From Flavobacteriales bacterium (GTDB lineage Bacteria > Bacteroidota > Bacteroidia > Flavobacteriales_D > Cryomorphaceae): a DNA stretch of 64,000 nt. The notes beneath the pieces are model-generated. The model ran no database searches and was not told where the DNA came from. It saw nothing but the letters and a program-made list of their open reading frames with translations. Positions 38,265-46,616 of the stretch are shown here, one piece after another (position 1 is the first letter of the stretch; each line of letters opens with the position of its first letter). The stretch is from positions 2,156-66,155 of the forward strand of contig SLDS01000008.1 in the NCBI GenBank assembly GCA_007125175.1. Reading direction: 5' to 3'. The translations under genes were made by a program, and so were the position numbers.

Positions 38265-39092
38265 GTGAGTAGCGAAGAGAAAAAGCGCAAGAGAAAGGCA
38301 TTGATCTATTCGATTGTTTTTCACCTATTGATCACGGTGCTCTTCCTCTTTTTTGGCCTCAAGCAGCCCGTACCCCTGCCGGAGTCTCAGGGCGCTTCGA
38401 TCGAGTTTGGATGGGACAGTCAGGGCTCTGTGGCCGACTTGCAGCAGCCGGTAAGCCCTCCGCGCCCTCAGAACACCCCTACAGAGCCGCCCCCACCCGT
38501 GGAGGAGGTGAAGGAAGAAGTGGCCACCCAAGATGAAGGCGAGATCGCTGTGCCACCCGAGGAGAAGGAGAAGCCGAAACCCAAACCCGACCCCAAACCC
38601 AAACCCGATCCCAAGCCAAAGCCCGATCCCAAGCCCAAGCCCGATCCAGAACCCGAGGTGAAGGAGGAAAAGCCCGAGCTGAGCGATGAACTGCGGCAGG
38701 CCATGGAAGCTTTTGGAAAACCCGGCTCGGGAAATCAAGGAGAAACGGGAGATCCCGGCACGCAGGGCAGCCAGCAAGGCAGTAGCAGCGGTCAGGGAGC
38801 CCTCGGCTCCGGCAGCGGAAGTTGGCAGCTCGATGGCCGCAGTATGATGCCCGGCTATGGCACCAAAATACGCGATACCCGCGAGGAGGGTATCGTGGTG
38901 CTCAATATCACCGTAGACCGCAATGGCAGGGTGACCAGTGCCCGGCCCAGCCTGGCCGAGTCCACCACCACATCCAACTATCTGATCAACCTCGCCACCA
39001 ATGACGTGATCAATAACTTTCGTTTCAATGCCGATCCCAATGCCTCCTTCGAACAGCGGGGTAAGGTGAAGTATGTATTTCGATTGGAATGA
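38265..39092 (+). CDS. tonB: TonB-family energy transducer
   Basis: GTG start. N-terminal TM anchor (LIYSIVFHLLITVLFLFFG), a Pro/Lys/Glu/Asp-rich spacer with (PKPKPD)n, and a C-terminal TonB_C-like domain (GIVVLNITVDRNGRV). Confidence 0.85.
   Translation: MSSEEKKRKRKALIYSIVFHLLITVLFLFFGLKQPVPLPESQGASIEFGWDSQGSVADLQQPVSPPRPQNTPTEPPPPVEEVKEEVATQDEGEIAVPPEEKEKPKPKPDPKPKPDPKPKPDPKPKPDPEPEVKEEKPELSDELRQAMEAFGKPGSGNQGETGDPGTQGSQQGSSSGQGALGSGSGSWQLDGRSMMPGYGTKIRDTREEGIVVLNITVDRNGRVTSARPSLAESTTTSNYLINLATNDVINNFRFNADPNASFEQRGKVKYVFRLE
38571..38657 (+). repeat. In-frame tandem 18-bp repeat (about 4 copies) encoding (PKPKPD)n in the TonB spacer
   Basis: aagccgaaacccaaacccgac / cccaaacccaaacccgat / cccaagccaaagcccgat / cccaagcccaagcccgat, then ccagaacccgag. 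Read directly from the sequence, in frame with the CDS. Confidence 0.9.
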
Positions 39093-40306
39093 AAACCTAT
39101 TCCGAGGCGCTATCCTATCTCTTCAGCCGCCTGCCCATGTTTCAGCGTATTGGTGCTGCCGCTTACAAAAATGACCTCTCAAAGACCATCGAGCTATGCA
39201 GGCGGCTTGGCAATCCGGAAAATACTTTCAAATCCATACATGTCGCCGGTACCAATGGCAAGGGTTCGGTAGCCTCCGCTTTGGCTTCCATTTTTGCGGA
39301 AGCGGGATACAAAACAGGGCTATTTACCTCGCCACATCTCAAGGATTTTCGCGAACGCATACGCATCAATGGTGCAATGATTGCCGAGGAAGAAGTCCTG
39401 AAATTCCTGAACAAGAACCCCAATTTGATCGAAGAGTTGTCTCCGTCCTTTTTTGAGCTCACTTGTGCGATGGCATTCCAACACTTTTCTCAAAATGAGG
39501 TGGATATCGCCGTACTGGAGACGGGTATGGGCGGGCGTCTCGATTCCACCAATGTGGTGATACCGGAGCTGTCGATCATTACTTCCGTGGCCATGGATCA
39601 CGAAGCTTTTTTGGGCGACAGCCTCGGCAAAATAGCCCTTGAGAAGGGCGGCATCATCAAAAAAGGGGTGCCTGTGGTGGTATCGGAAAACGAGGAGATC
39701 GTGGTGAAAGTACTGCAATCGATCGCCGTGGAGCGCCATAGCCCCTTCTACGCACTTAGCCCGGATGAAGCGGACTTGGCAAGCGACTTGAGTGGCGCTT
39801 ATCAGGCTGAAAATATGCGAAGCGTGCTCAAGGCTGTGCAGGTGCTGCGCGGCCTGGGCTGGGAGCTTCCGCAAAAGGCGGTGGAAGTTGGAGCCTTAAA
39901 GATCTCCGTAAATACCGGATTGCGCGGACGCTGGGAGAAGATACATGAGCAGCCATTGGGATTGGTAGACGTAGGGCACAATGTGGAAGGCGTGATGGAA
40001 GTGGTCAAAATGCTGAGCAGACTGGACTACCGCGAGCTGCACATGGTATGGGGCATGGTGGCCGATAAGGATGCCCGGGCCATACTGGGCTTGCTGCCCA
40101 AAGCGGCCAAATATTACTGGTGCAGGCCGGATGTGCCCCGGGGCAAGGATGCGGCATCACTCGCGGCGGAGGCGGATGCGCAGGGCTTGCAGGGTGAGGT
40201 GTACCCCAGTGTACAAACCGCCTGGAAAGCGGCTATGCAGCAGGCCGATGCTGCGGATGTGGTATTCGGTGGAGGCAGTGTCTTTGTCGTAGCCGAGCTG
40301 ATATGA
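39089..40306 (+). CDS. folC: Bifunctional folylpolyglutamate synthase / dihydrofolate synthase
   Basis: Mur-ligase-type P-loop HVAGTNGKGS and the FolC N-terminal motif YSEALSYLF. ATGA overlap with the tonB stop. Confidence 0.9.
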   Translation: MKTYSEALSYLFSRLPMFQRIGAAAYKNDLSKTIELCRRLGNPENTFKSIHVAGTNGKGSVASALASIFAEAGYKTGLFTSPHLKDFRERIRINGAMIAEEEVLKFLNKNPNLIEELSPSFFELTCAMAFQHFSQNEVDIAVLETGMGGRLDSTNVVIPELSIITSVAMDHEAFLGDSLGKIALEKGGIIKKGVPVVVSENEEIVVKVLQSIAVERHSPFYALSPDEADLASDLSGAYQAENMRSVLKAVQVLRGLGWELPQKAVEVGALKISVNTGLRGRWEKIHEQPLGLVDVGHNVEGVMEVVKMLSRLDYRELHMVWGMVADKDARAILGLLPKAAKYYWCRPDVPRGKDAASLAAEADAQGLQGEVYPSVQTAWKAAMQQADAADVVFGGGSVFVVAELI

Positions 40307-40407
40307 GTATGCAAAAAAATCCATTCAGCGCATTTCAGGGCTGTGACAGGCCTCTTCGGCTCCCTGCTGATAAGCCGCTACATGCATTGAGCCGACTTGA
40401 CGGAAGC

Positions 40408-41403
40408 TCAAAGACGTACGAACTTCTCGGATAAGCTCTGATCGTTTACCATGACTTGGGCCACATAAATTCCCGGTGGCAAGCTGCGGATGTCTAGGCT
40501 GCCCGATGAAGGTATCGTTTCGCTCAAGACCAAGCGACCGCTCATATCGTATATGGACAGGAAGACGGGGGAAGTCGCATGGCTTGGAAGCTCAATGAAA
40601 ATCCGATCGCTGCTCGGATTGGGATAAATATGCAGTGCCGATGGCTCTTCGGTTACTTCCGAAGACAGGCTGATGTCACACTCCATAAGATCAATGCTGA
40701 CGTTCTCATCGTGGTAGGCGTAGAGCATGCCGCCCTGCACAGAGTGCGAAACACCCCCGATGCAATCCTGAAGCGTTTCACCCTCAGAATCTCCCCACAC
40801 CGACAAGTGCTCTTCATAAATGTAAGGGAAGAGGTTTTTGACCCCTATACCTTCGATGAAGGTGTATTCACCCATACTTGTACCTTCAAAGTACGGATCC
40901 TGATCCTTGAAGCGCACCTCGCGGTATGTGGTGCCGTTGTAATCCGTCTCCGACACAGCCTCGACAGTGAGTTGCATTTGATCGGTACAGGCAAAACTTT
41001 GCCATTCGTCGGCTAGTGAGCGGAATGCTATGATTGATTCATCGATATCTATGCCCATGACCATGAAGATATAATCTTGTTCATTGGCGTATCTGTATAT
41101 GGTATCTCCCGATTGACGGAAATATGTTCGCATATTCTCTTCGGGCACCCACCACGAAGATCCATCGGGAGCAAGGGCTTCATCATTCACTTCAGTAAGT
41201 CGGATCATTGCATAGGTCTTGCCGTCGAGCAGTGTGTCGGCGGTATATTCAAAGGTTTGGCTTTGAGTCCAATGAGCGCCGGGATGATTGCTGTATAGGC
41301 AGTATTTCCATGTGGCTCCAGCGCGGGGCCATGTGTCATTTTCTTGTGCAAGGAGCGGGATGCTCAATGTAAAAAGGGCAATAAGGGCAGCGGATTTTTT
41401 CAT
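40408..41403 (-). CDS. Secreted protein of unknown function with a T9SS C-terminal sorting domain
   Basis: Signal peptide (ALIALFTLSIPLLAQ). C-terminal about 80 aa matches the Por_Secre_tail pattern (LHIYPNPSSDRIFIEL...IYDMSGRLV...LPPGIYVAQV...KFVRL). Confidence 0.75.
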   Translation of the reverse strand: MKKSAALIALFTLSIPLLAQENDTWPRAGATWKYCLYSNHPGAHWTQSQTFEYTADTLLDGKTYAMIRLTEVNDEALAPDGSSWWVPEENMRTYFRQSGDTIYRYANEQDYIFMVMGIDIDESIIAFRSLADEWQSFACTDQMQLTVEAVSETDYNGTTYREVRFKDQDPYFEGTSMGEYTFIEGIGVKNLFPYIYEEHLSVWGDSEGETLQDCIGGVSHSVQGGMLYAYHDENVSIDLMECDISLSSEVTEEPSALHIYPNPSSDRIFIELPSHATSPVFLSIYDMSGRLVLSETIPSSGSLDIRSLPPGIYVAQVMVNDQSLSEKFVRL

Positions 41404-41431
41404 GGTTTTGGACGGATTTGATTATGCCTTG

Positions 41432-42949
41432 CTACTGCAAAACGATTTTAGAAGTAAAAATATGCTGTGGAGTGTGCACCTTGACAAGGTATATTCCCGA
41501 TGGAATGTGACTCACATTCAGCGACCGGACTGCTTGCTGAAGAGCCCTATCCATCACAAGGCGGCCTGAGGCATCTTGCAATGTGATGCGCGTAACATTT
41601 TCAAGGCCTTCGGGCAACTCGATGCGAAAGTGGTTACGCGCCGGGTTGGGGTACACTTTCAGGGCGCCACGGCCCTCCCTGTCATCCGTTCCTACAAAGC
41701 CCGCAGGCTGCAACCGCACCAAGCAGCTGTAAGGCTCCCCGCCGAAGGAGGAAAACTGACCGCCGACGAGGAGTTTGCCGTCGGGGAGTTTTTCGATCGA
41801 CACAATCTTGGCACTCATCACAGAACCAAAAGGCCCCGTCCAATTTCCCCAAACAGATGAATCCGGGCCCAATGATTCGAAAGCCCCTTCGATGACTTCT
41901 CCCGAATCGTTGATTTTCGCCAAACGGCGGTGGTGATTGCCGTTGATTTCCGTAAATTGACCGTAAAGAATGAAGGTATCGTCCGCATCCTCAACCACTC
42001 CAATTGCTGTAGTCTCGTTGGGAACAGTAGGGTTTTCATAAGTGCCGTTGAGATATCCGGAAAATACAGGGGCATCGAACTCTTCATCCAATGTACCATC
42101 GGGCTTCACGCGCACGAGTCTGGAGGGGTAATCGGGTTGATTGAGAATAGTCATATTCTGTGCAAATTTGACCCATATTCTATCCTGACTATCCACAAAA
42201 GCAGTTGATACAAGCACGCCGCTTGTGCCGAAGACATGCCCAAATTCTGTATTAACCGAAAAGTCCGGATTAAGCTTCGCCAGTTTGGCGTAAGCGTGGC
42301 CATCTACTTCACTGAAGCTGCCGGCTATGATGTACTCCCCGGTACTTAGTTGATGGATGGTCTTGATCTCAGCACTCACCGGCTCGGCGCATCGGATCAT
42401 GGGAAACTCCGCCACCGGCGCCCCGGTGCAGTCGATCATGCAGAGCTGCCGTAGGCCCAAGTGGCTCTCGGCGGTGCCCATCAGGGTGGAGTCGGTGAAG
42501 AAACGGCCGGCCACGAGGATGTGGTCGTCTTCCATGATCAGGGCGTTGTAAGCCACATTGGACAAGGGGCCGGAGTAGGCCTGTTTTTGGAATTCGAAGC
42601 GGAAAACCTGATTTGTTCCTCCGGGAATATTAAACCTTCTGATGCCTTGTCCAAATTGCAGATACTCATTTTTATATGCAATTACTTTTAACCCGCCAAT
42701 GCTCAGAGAATTATATAGACTCCCGGCATTTGAAATCATAGCCCCTGCCGTCAATGGTGATGCCGTATTTGGGAAAAACATTCCCATGATCATATATGTA
42801 TCAATTTGCGTACTTAAAACATCAGAAACCGCGCCCCTGTTAAACAGCAAGCCGCTGTTAAAAGACTCATCTATTTCGTAATTAATCACCTGCGCACTCC
42901 CCGGGAGTGCGCAGGTGATGATTAGAATTATAAGACTGAGCCCTTTCAT
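41432..42949 (-). CDS. Secreted delta-60-repeat (beta-propeller-like) protein with a T9SS C-terminal sorting domain
   Basis: Signal peptide. Recurrent roughly 50-60-aa repeats ending in (L/I)A(K/R)(L/I)N.DG..D..F-type strings (AKLAKLNPDFSVNTEFG, LVRVKPDGTLDEEFD, LAKINDSGEVIEGAF, LVRLQPAG). CTD: LKVYPNPARNHFRIEL...GIYLVKV...KIVLQ. The ATG at 42949 is used because the track start is the preceding TTG. Confidence 0.75.
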   Translation of the reverse strand: MKGLSLIILIITCALPGSAQVINYEIDESFNSGLLFNRGAVSDVLSTQIDTYMIMGMFFPNTASPLTAGAMISNAGSLYNSLSIGGLKVIAYKNEYLQFGQGIRRFNIPGGTNQVFRFEFQKQAYSGPLSNVAYNALIMEDDHILVAGRFFTDSTLMGTAESHLGLRQLCMIDCTGAPVAEFPMIRCAEPVSAEIKTIHQLSTGEYIIAGSFSEVDGHAYAKLAKLNPDFSVNTEFGHVFGTSGVLVSTAFVDSQDRIWVKFAQNMTILNQPDYPSRLVRVKPDGTLDEEFDAPVFSGYLNGTYENPTVPNETTAIGVVEDADDTFILYGQFTEINGNHHRRLAKINDSGEVIEGAFESLGPDSSVWGNWTGPFGSVMSAKIVSIEKLPDGKLLVGGQFSSFGGEPYSCLVRLQPAGFVGTDDREGRGALKVYPNPARNHFRIELPEGLENVTRITLQDASGRLVMDRALQQAVRSLNVSHIPSGIYLVKVHTPQHIFTSKIVLQ

Positions 42950-42952
42950 CAA

Positions 42953-43190
42953 TTAATGCGCTATCACAAACTTCCCCTCGCTTACCTTCTTCCCTTCTTG
43001 TACAATTTGGTAGAGATATACCCCCTTGAAATACCGGAATGGAGCTGTCAAAGAAGGCTTGATCTTCAATTACTTCGCCAAGTTAGGTATTTATGTTCAA
43101 ATTCCTTCCTTGTCGAGCCGCCTTGCTTTAAAAATTCCCCGTCTTCACCCGATTAGATGGGCTTTGGGAAAATGAGGTGGTAGAAAGCTG
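42953..43190 (-). pseudogene. Decayed remnant of a T9SS C-terminal sorting domain (orphan CTD, no N-terminal cargo part)
   Basis: Own minus-strand translation gives three pieces in different frames. Piece 1: YHLIFPKPI*SGEDGEFLKQGGSTRKEFEHKYL. Piece 2, after a frameshift: LGEVIEDQAFFDSSIP. Piece 3, after a second frameshift: FRYFKGVYLYQIVQEGKKVSEGKFVIAH*. Together they follow the CTD pattern (xYPNPxx...lG.vv...GvYlyqi...KfvI). There is one in-frame stop and at least two frameshifts. Confidence 0.5.
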
Positions 43191-43342
43191 AATTGGAATA
43201 TTCCGAAACGGTGCTATGCTCGGGGAACAAGAAATCGCAGCTGGGTTTTGACTTATTCGGAGTAGTCTGCTCTTCGGGCGGGCTGGCTTTTTTTTGCCCA
43301 TCCAAAAAAGCTCAAGCTGGTGCTTGGCCTTTTTGTCCGGGC

Positions 43343-43370
43343 AAAAAAAAACGCCTCCTGATGGAGGCGG
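43343..43370 (-). terminator. Intrinsic terminator after tRNA-Val
   Basis: Minus-strand CCGCCTCC-ATCA-GGAGGCG hairpin (7 bp) followed by T9, about 10 nt downstream of the tRNA 3' end. Confidence 0.75.
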
Positions 43371-43380
43371 ATTTTCTTTG

Positions 43381-43455
43381 TGGGCGATGTAGGATTCGAA
43401 CCTACGACCCCCTGCTTGTAAGGCAGGTGCTCTAAACCAGCTGAGCTAATCGCCC
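43381..43455 (-). tRNA. tRNA-Val (anticodon TAC)
   Basis: Hand-folded cloverleaf. Acceptor GGGCGAT/ATCGCCC, D-stem GCTC/GAGC, anticodon stem CCTGC/GCAGG with loop CTTACAA, variable loop GGGTC, T-arm GTAGG-TTCGAAT-CCTAC, discriminator A. CCA is not encoded. Confidence 0.93.
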
Positions 43456-43474
43456 TTTTTGCTAAAAGCGGGTG

Positions 43475-43482
43475 CAAATATA
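43475..43482 (-). promoter_or_regulatory. Candidate -7 box (TATATTTG) for tRNA-Val
   Basis: Exact TAnnTTTG on the minus strand, 19 nt upstream of the mature tRNA 5' end. Confidence 0.45.
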
Positions 43483-43680
43483 GACTAAAATTGAAACATG
43501 CGATAAGATTCGCAATATTTTTTGTCGGTGGACTGAGAGGGGCCTTTTGCAGCAGCAAATGCCGGCCAAATGGCCTTGCTCCGGCCGCTCTCTGCGGGCA
43601 GATTGAAGCGGACTGCACCGCAGAAATCCACAAATTGTGCAGACCTGCACAAGGGCTACTGCATATCCCGGAAACATCAT

Positions 43681-43688
43681 TATCTTTG
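43681..43688 (+). promoter_or_regulatory. Candidate -7 box (TATCTTTG) for tRNA-Leu
   Basis: Exact TAnnTTTG ending 7 nt upstream of the mature tRNA 5' end. Confidence 0.5.
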
Positions 43689-43695
43689 CAGGCCC

Positions 43696-43781
43696 GCCGA
43701 AGTGGTGAAATTGGTAGACACGCATGTTTCAGGGACATGTGCCCATCGGGCGTGGGGGTTCGAGTCCCTTCTTCGGCACCA
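43696..43781 (+). tRNA. tRNA-Leu (anticodon CAG), class II with long variable arm, CCA encoded
   Basis: Acceptor GCCGAAG/CTTCGGC, D-region GTGAAATTGGTAGACAC, anticodon stem CATGT/ACATG with loop TTCAGGG, variable arm GCCCATCGGGCGT, T-arm GGGGG-TTCGAGT-CCCTT, discriminator A followed by CCA. Confidence 0.93.
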
Positions 43782-43787
43782 TTCCAG

Positions 43788-43825
43788 ATCAGAGAGCCCT
43801 CGCTTGGTGCTCTCTGATTTTTTTT
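43788..43825 (+). terminator. Intrinsic terminator after tRNA-Leu
   Basis: ATCAGAGAGC-(11 nt)-GCTCTCTGAT, a perfect 10-bp stem running into T8. Confidence 0.8.
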
Positions 43826-43917
43826 GTTCGCTCATTGTCCACTCAGCGCACTTGGCTTCCACTCGTACCCGCCATTTGCCGAAAGGCCTATAATGCTCAG
43901 CAAAACCTCTCCTCTTG

Positions 43918-44709
43918 ATGTATCTTAGGGCCGTGACAGGAATGATAGGATCCTACCTGAGCTATAGACTCCGCGCCGGAAACAGGCATGGCCTGCATTC
44001 CCCATTTGTGTACGGCCTTATGGATAAGGTGATTGGCTCAAGTGGGGCGAGGGCTGAAGAGCCCATAGAGGCACTGAGAACCACGCTCTTGAAGAGCACA
44101 AAGCGGCTTCAGATTGACGATTACGGTGCGGGAAGCCGCGTATCTAAGTCGGCGGAGCGCACAGTGGGGGAGATTGCCCGCTCGAGTGCCAGTAGGCCGG
44201 CTGATGCCGCCATGCTGCAACGCTTGGTAGACCATCTCGGTTTGCGCAAGCTTATCGAGTTGGGCAGCAATTTGGGGCTTACCACAGCCTACCTCGCTGC
44301 GGCAGCCTGCCGTCCGGAGCTGCACAGCATTGAGGGTGATGCTTCACTGGCAGCCATGGCGCGTGAGCACCTCCGCGCCCTCGGGCTCGATGCTACTGTG
44401 CATCAGGGTGCCTTCAAGCACATACTGCCGGAGGTACTTGAGCGTTGTGGACAAGTGGATTTGGTATACTTGGACGGTCACCATACACGCGAGGCCACCC
44501 TCGGATACTACGCGCAAGTGCTGCCTTATTGCCACGACGATACGGTGCTGGCGGTGGGCGATATACACTGGAGTAAGGATATGGAAATGGCCTGGCAGGA
44601 ATTGCGTCAAGATGCGCAGGTAAGTTTGAGTATCGATCTCTTTTACATGGGCTTGCTCTTTTTTCGCAAAGGGGTGCCCAAGCAACATTTTATCTTGAAA
44701 CACCCATGA
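43918..44709 (+). CDS. Class I SAM-dependent methyltransferase (O-methyltransferase family 3-like)
   Basis: SAM-binding motif [17 protein letters not shown] and post-I/II motifs ([10 protein letters not shown]). The ATG at 43918 is used because the track start is the preceding TTG. Confidence 0.7.
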   Translation: MYLRAVTGMIGSYLSYRLRAGNRHGLHSPFVYGLMDKVIGSSGARAEEPIEALRTTLLKSTKRLQIDDYGAGSRVSKSAERTVGEIARSSASRPADAAMLQRLVDHLGLRKLIELGSNLGLTTAYLAAAACRPELHSIEGDASLAAMAREHLRALGLDATVHQGAFKHILPEVLERCGQVDLVYLDGHHTREATLGYYAQVLPYCHDDTVLAVGDIHWSKDMEMAWQELRQDAQVSLSIDLFYMGLLFFRKGVPKQHFILKHP

Positions 44710-45419
44710 AAGAAAATGCCCTGATACAGGTGAGGGGGGTAGCCAAAATCTACCAAGTTGGCAATCAGGAAGTGCAAGCACTGCGCCACATCGACCTCGA
44801 CATCCACAAAAATGAATTTGTAGCACTTATGGGCCCCTCAGGCAGCGGTAAGAGTACCCTGATGAATGTCTTGGGCTGCCTGGATACACCGACCAAGGGC
44901 AGCTATACCCTCAATGGGCAAGATGTAGGGAGCATGCCCGACGATGACCTGGCAGAAGTGAGAAACCGCGAGATAGGTTTTATCTTCCAGACCTTCAATT
45001 TGCTGCCCCGCTATTCGGCCCTGGAGAATGTCGCCCTTCCGCAAATCTATCAGGGTATAGGCCGCGCCGAGCGCAATGCCCGCGCCACCGAGGTGCTCAC
45101 TCAGGTAGGCCTCTCCGACCGAATGAGCCACAAGCCCAATGAGCTTTCCGGTGGGCAGAGACAGCGTGTCGCTGTGGCCAGGGCTTTGGTAAACAAGCCT
45201 TCCATCATCCTGGCCGATGAGCCTACAGGAAACCTCGATACCAAAACCTCCTATGAAATCATGGCCCTGCTCGATCACATCCATCAGAGCGGCAATACCA
45301 TCATACTCGTGACCCACGAGGAAGACATTGCCCAGCACGCCCATAGGGTGATTCGCCTCAGAGATGGACTCGTAGAAAGCGACGAGATGAGCAAGCGCGG
45401 CCTGGAAAATCCGGTTTGA
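44706..45419 (+). CDS. ABC transporter ATP-binding protein (MacB/LolD-type, COG1136-like)
   Basis: Walker [11 protein letters not shown]-loop, signature [15 protein letters not shown], Walker [13 protein letters not shown]-loop VTHE. ATGA overlap with the methyltransferase stop. No permease gene is adjacent. Confidence 0.9.
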   Translation: MKENALIQVRGVAKIYQVGNQEVQALRHIDLDIHKNEFVALMGPSGSGKSTLMNVLGCLDTPTKGSYTLNGQDVGSMPDDDLAEVRNREIGFIFQTFNLLPRYSALENVALPQIYQGIGRAERNARATEVLTQVGLSDRMSHKPNELSGGQRQRVAVARALVNKPSIILADEPTGNLDTKTSYEIMALLDHIHQSGNTIILVTHEEDIAQHAHRVIRLRDGLVESDEMSKRGLENPV

Positions 45420-45489
45420 CCCCAAGCAATTTTGCTGCGGCTAAACAAGTGGAGAAAATCTTCGTTAAGCACACAAATGCCAGCCACCC

Positions 45490-46044
45490 ATGAAAATCTA
45501 CACCAAAACCGGTGATGCCGGAAAAACCTCCTTGCTGGGAGGCAGCCGCGTCGCCAAGTACCACCTGCGCATCGAAGCCTACGGCACCGTCGATGAGCTC
45601 AATGCACACATCGGACTGCTGCGTTCCTACAAGGAGTGCCAAGTGCATGAAGAAATCCTGCTGCAGGTGCAGGACAGGCTCTTTACCATTGGCTCAGAGC
45701 TCGCTTCGGAGCCTGGAGATCGCAAGTTCAAGATTCCTCAAATTCAGCAGGATGATATCGAAGTGCTCGAGAAGCAAATCGATCAAATGGACGCAGACCT
45801 GCCCCCAATGCGCAACTTTGTATTGCCGGGAGGAAGCCTGGCTGTATCGCAAGCCCATGTGGCGCGGTGCGTATGCCGGAGGGCTGAGCGCATCGTCTTG
45901 CACCTCAAAGATGAGAGCGATGTGAAAGAGCCCATACCCATTTATTTGAACCGATTGTCAGATTTTTTATTTATACTGAGTAGGAAACTTGCTCATACTA
46001 CCGGCGTAGTAGAGAGTCCATGGAAGCCAAAAATAGATGAATGA
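45490..46044 (+). CDS. ATP:cob(I)alamin adenosyltransferase, PduO type
   Basis: N-terminal signature MKIYTKTGDAGKTSLLGG and a helical-bundle body (FVLPGGS...AHVARCVCRRAER). Confidence 0.9.
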   Translation: MKIYTKTGDAGKTSLLGGSRVAKYHLRIEAYGTVDELNAHIGLLRSYKECQVHEEILLQVQDRLFTIGSELASEPGDRKFKIPQIQQDDIEVLEKQIDQMDADLPPMRNFVLPGGSLAVSQAHVARCVCRRAERIVLHLKDESDVKEPIPIYLNRLSDFLFILSRKLAHTTGVVESPWKPKIDE

Positions 46045-46102
46045 TTTGATATTGAATGTATTGCAAATCATAGATTTGACTTGCATGGGAAAACAAAAAA
46101 AC

Positions 46103-46110
46103 TACTTTTG
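46103..46110 (+). promoter_or_regulatory. Candidate -7 box (TACTTTTG) for the DUF2795 gene
   Basis: Exact TAnnTTTG 35 nt upstream of the ATG at 46145. A second exact box (TAGATTTG) lies at 46071..46078, with TTTG 22 nt upstream of it. Confidence 0.4.
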
Positions 46111-46144
46111 CGTAAATTTTTAAGAACCGACCAAAAGAACAATT

Positions 46145-46366
46145 ATGTATTGGACCCTAGAACTCGCATCATATCTGGAAGACGCGCCCTGGCCGGCTAC
46201 CAAAGATGAGTTGATCGATTTCGCTATTCGCACAGGAGCTCCCCTGGAGGTGGTGGAAAACCTACAGGAAATCGAAGAAGTCGGTGAAGTCTATGAAACG
46301 ATCGAAGATATTTGGCCCGATTATCCCACCAAAGAAGATTTCTTTTTCAACGAAGACGAATACTGA
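46145..46366 (+). CDS. DUF2795-family small protein
   Basis: 73 aa. The pattern YLEDAPWPATKDELIDFAIRTGAPLEVVENLQEI matches the DUF2795 pattern as I remember it. Bounded by a promoter-like box and a strong terminator. Confidence 0.65.
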   Translation: MYWTLELASYLEDAPWPATKDELIDFAIRTGAPLEVVENLQEIEEVGEVYETIEDIWPDYPTKEDFFFNEDEY

Positions 46367-46443
46367 CATTCACCCCACAATTTCCGAAGGATTGAGATGC
46401 TCCCTGCCAATGCTGCCCTGGCGCTGAATCCACTGAAAAACAT

Positions 46444-46469
46444 AAAGAGCCCGCGCGGCTCTTTTTTTT
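46444..46469 (+). terminator. Intrinsic terminator after the DUF2795 gene
   Basis: AGAGCC-CGCGC-GGCTCT hairpin followed by T8. Confidence 0.75.
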
Positions 46470-46570
46470 GTGGAAACTGACAGAATGGCGGCTTTACGGC
46501 TTGGCATCACTTATGTTCATGATATGCCCTTTGATTTAGGGCAGGTCTCCACTTTTCAAAGCGAAATCGA

Positions 46571-46578
46571 TACCTTTG
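46571..46578 (+). promoter_or_regulatory. Candidate -7 box (TACCTTTG) for secA
   Basis: Exact TAnnTTTG 39 nt upstream of the ATG at 46617. It lies inside the track's over-extended secA ORF. Confidence 0.45.
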
Positions 46579-46616
46579 CCCTCCGCTTTCCCTTTGGGAA
46601 AAACTTGATTCACGAC

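Noticed and set aside
38571-38657. Tandem 18-bp repeats, considered as a possible CRISPR-like or minisatellite element
   Set aside because: They are in frame within tonB and encode the usual Pro-Lys spacer (PKPKPD)n. There are no spacers of unique sequence and no cas genes.
40408-43380. tRNA-adjacent genomic island or integrated mobile element
   Set aside because: There is no integrase, transposase or phage gene, and I could find no direct repeat of the tRNA-Val 3' end by eye. The region holds only T9SS cargo genes and a decayed fragment.
43193-43918. Several 60-160-aa ORFs on both strands across the tRNA region
   Set aside because: They overlap the two tRNA genes and their terminators and have no coding-like features. 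The region is explained by tRNA-Val, tRNA-Leu, promoters and hairpins.
46470-46616. 49-codon N-terminal extension of secA (GTG start in the track)
   Set aside because: The extension begins directly after the upstream intrinsic terminator and contains the -7 box. The canonical SecA N-terminus MLGSITK starts at 46617.
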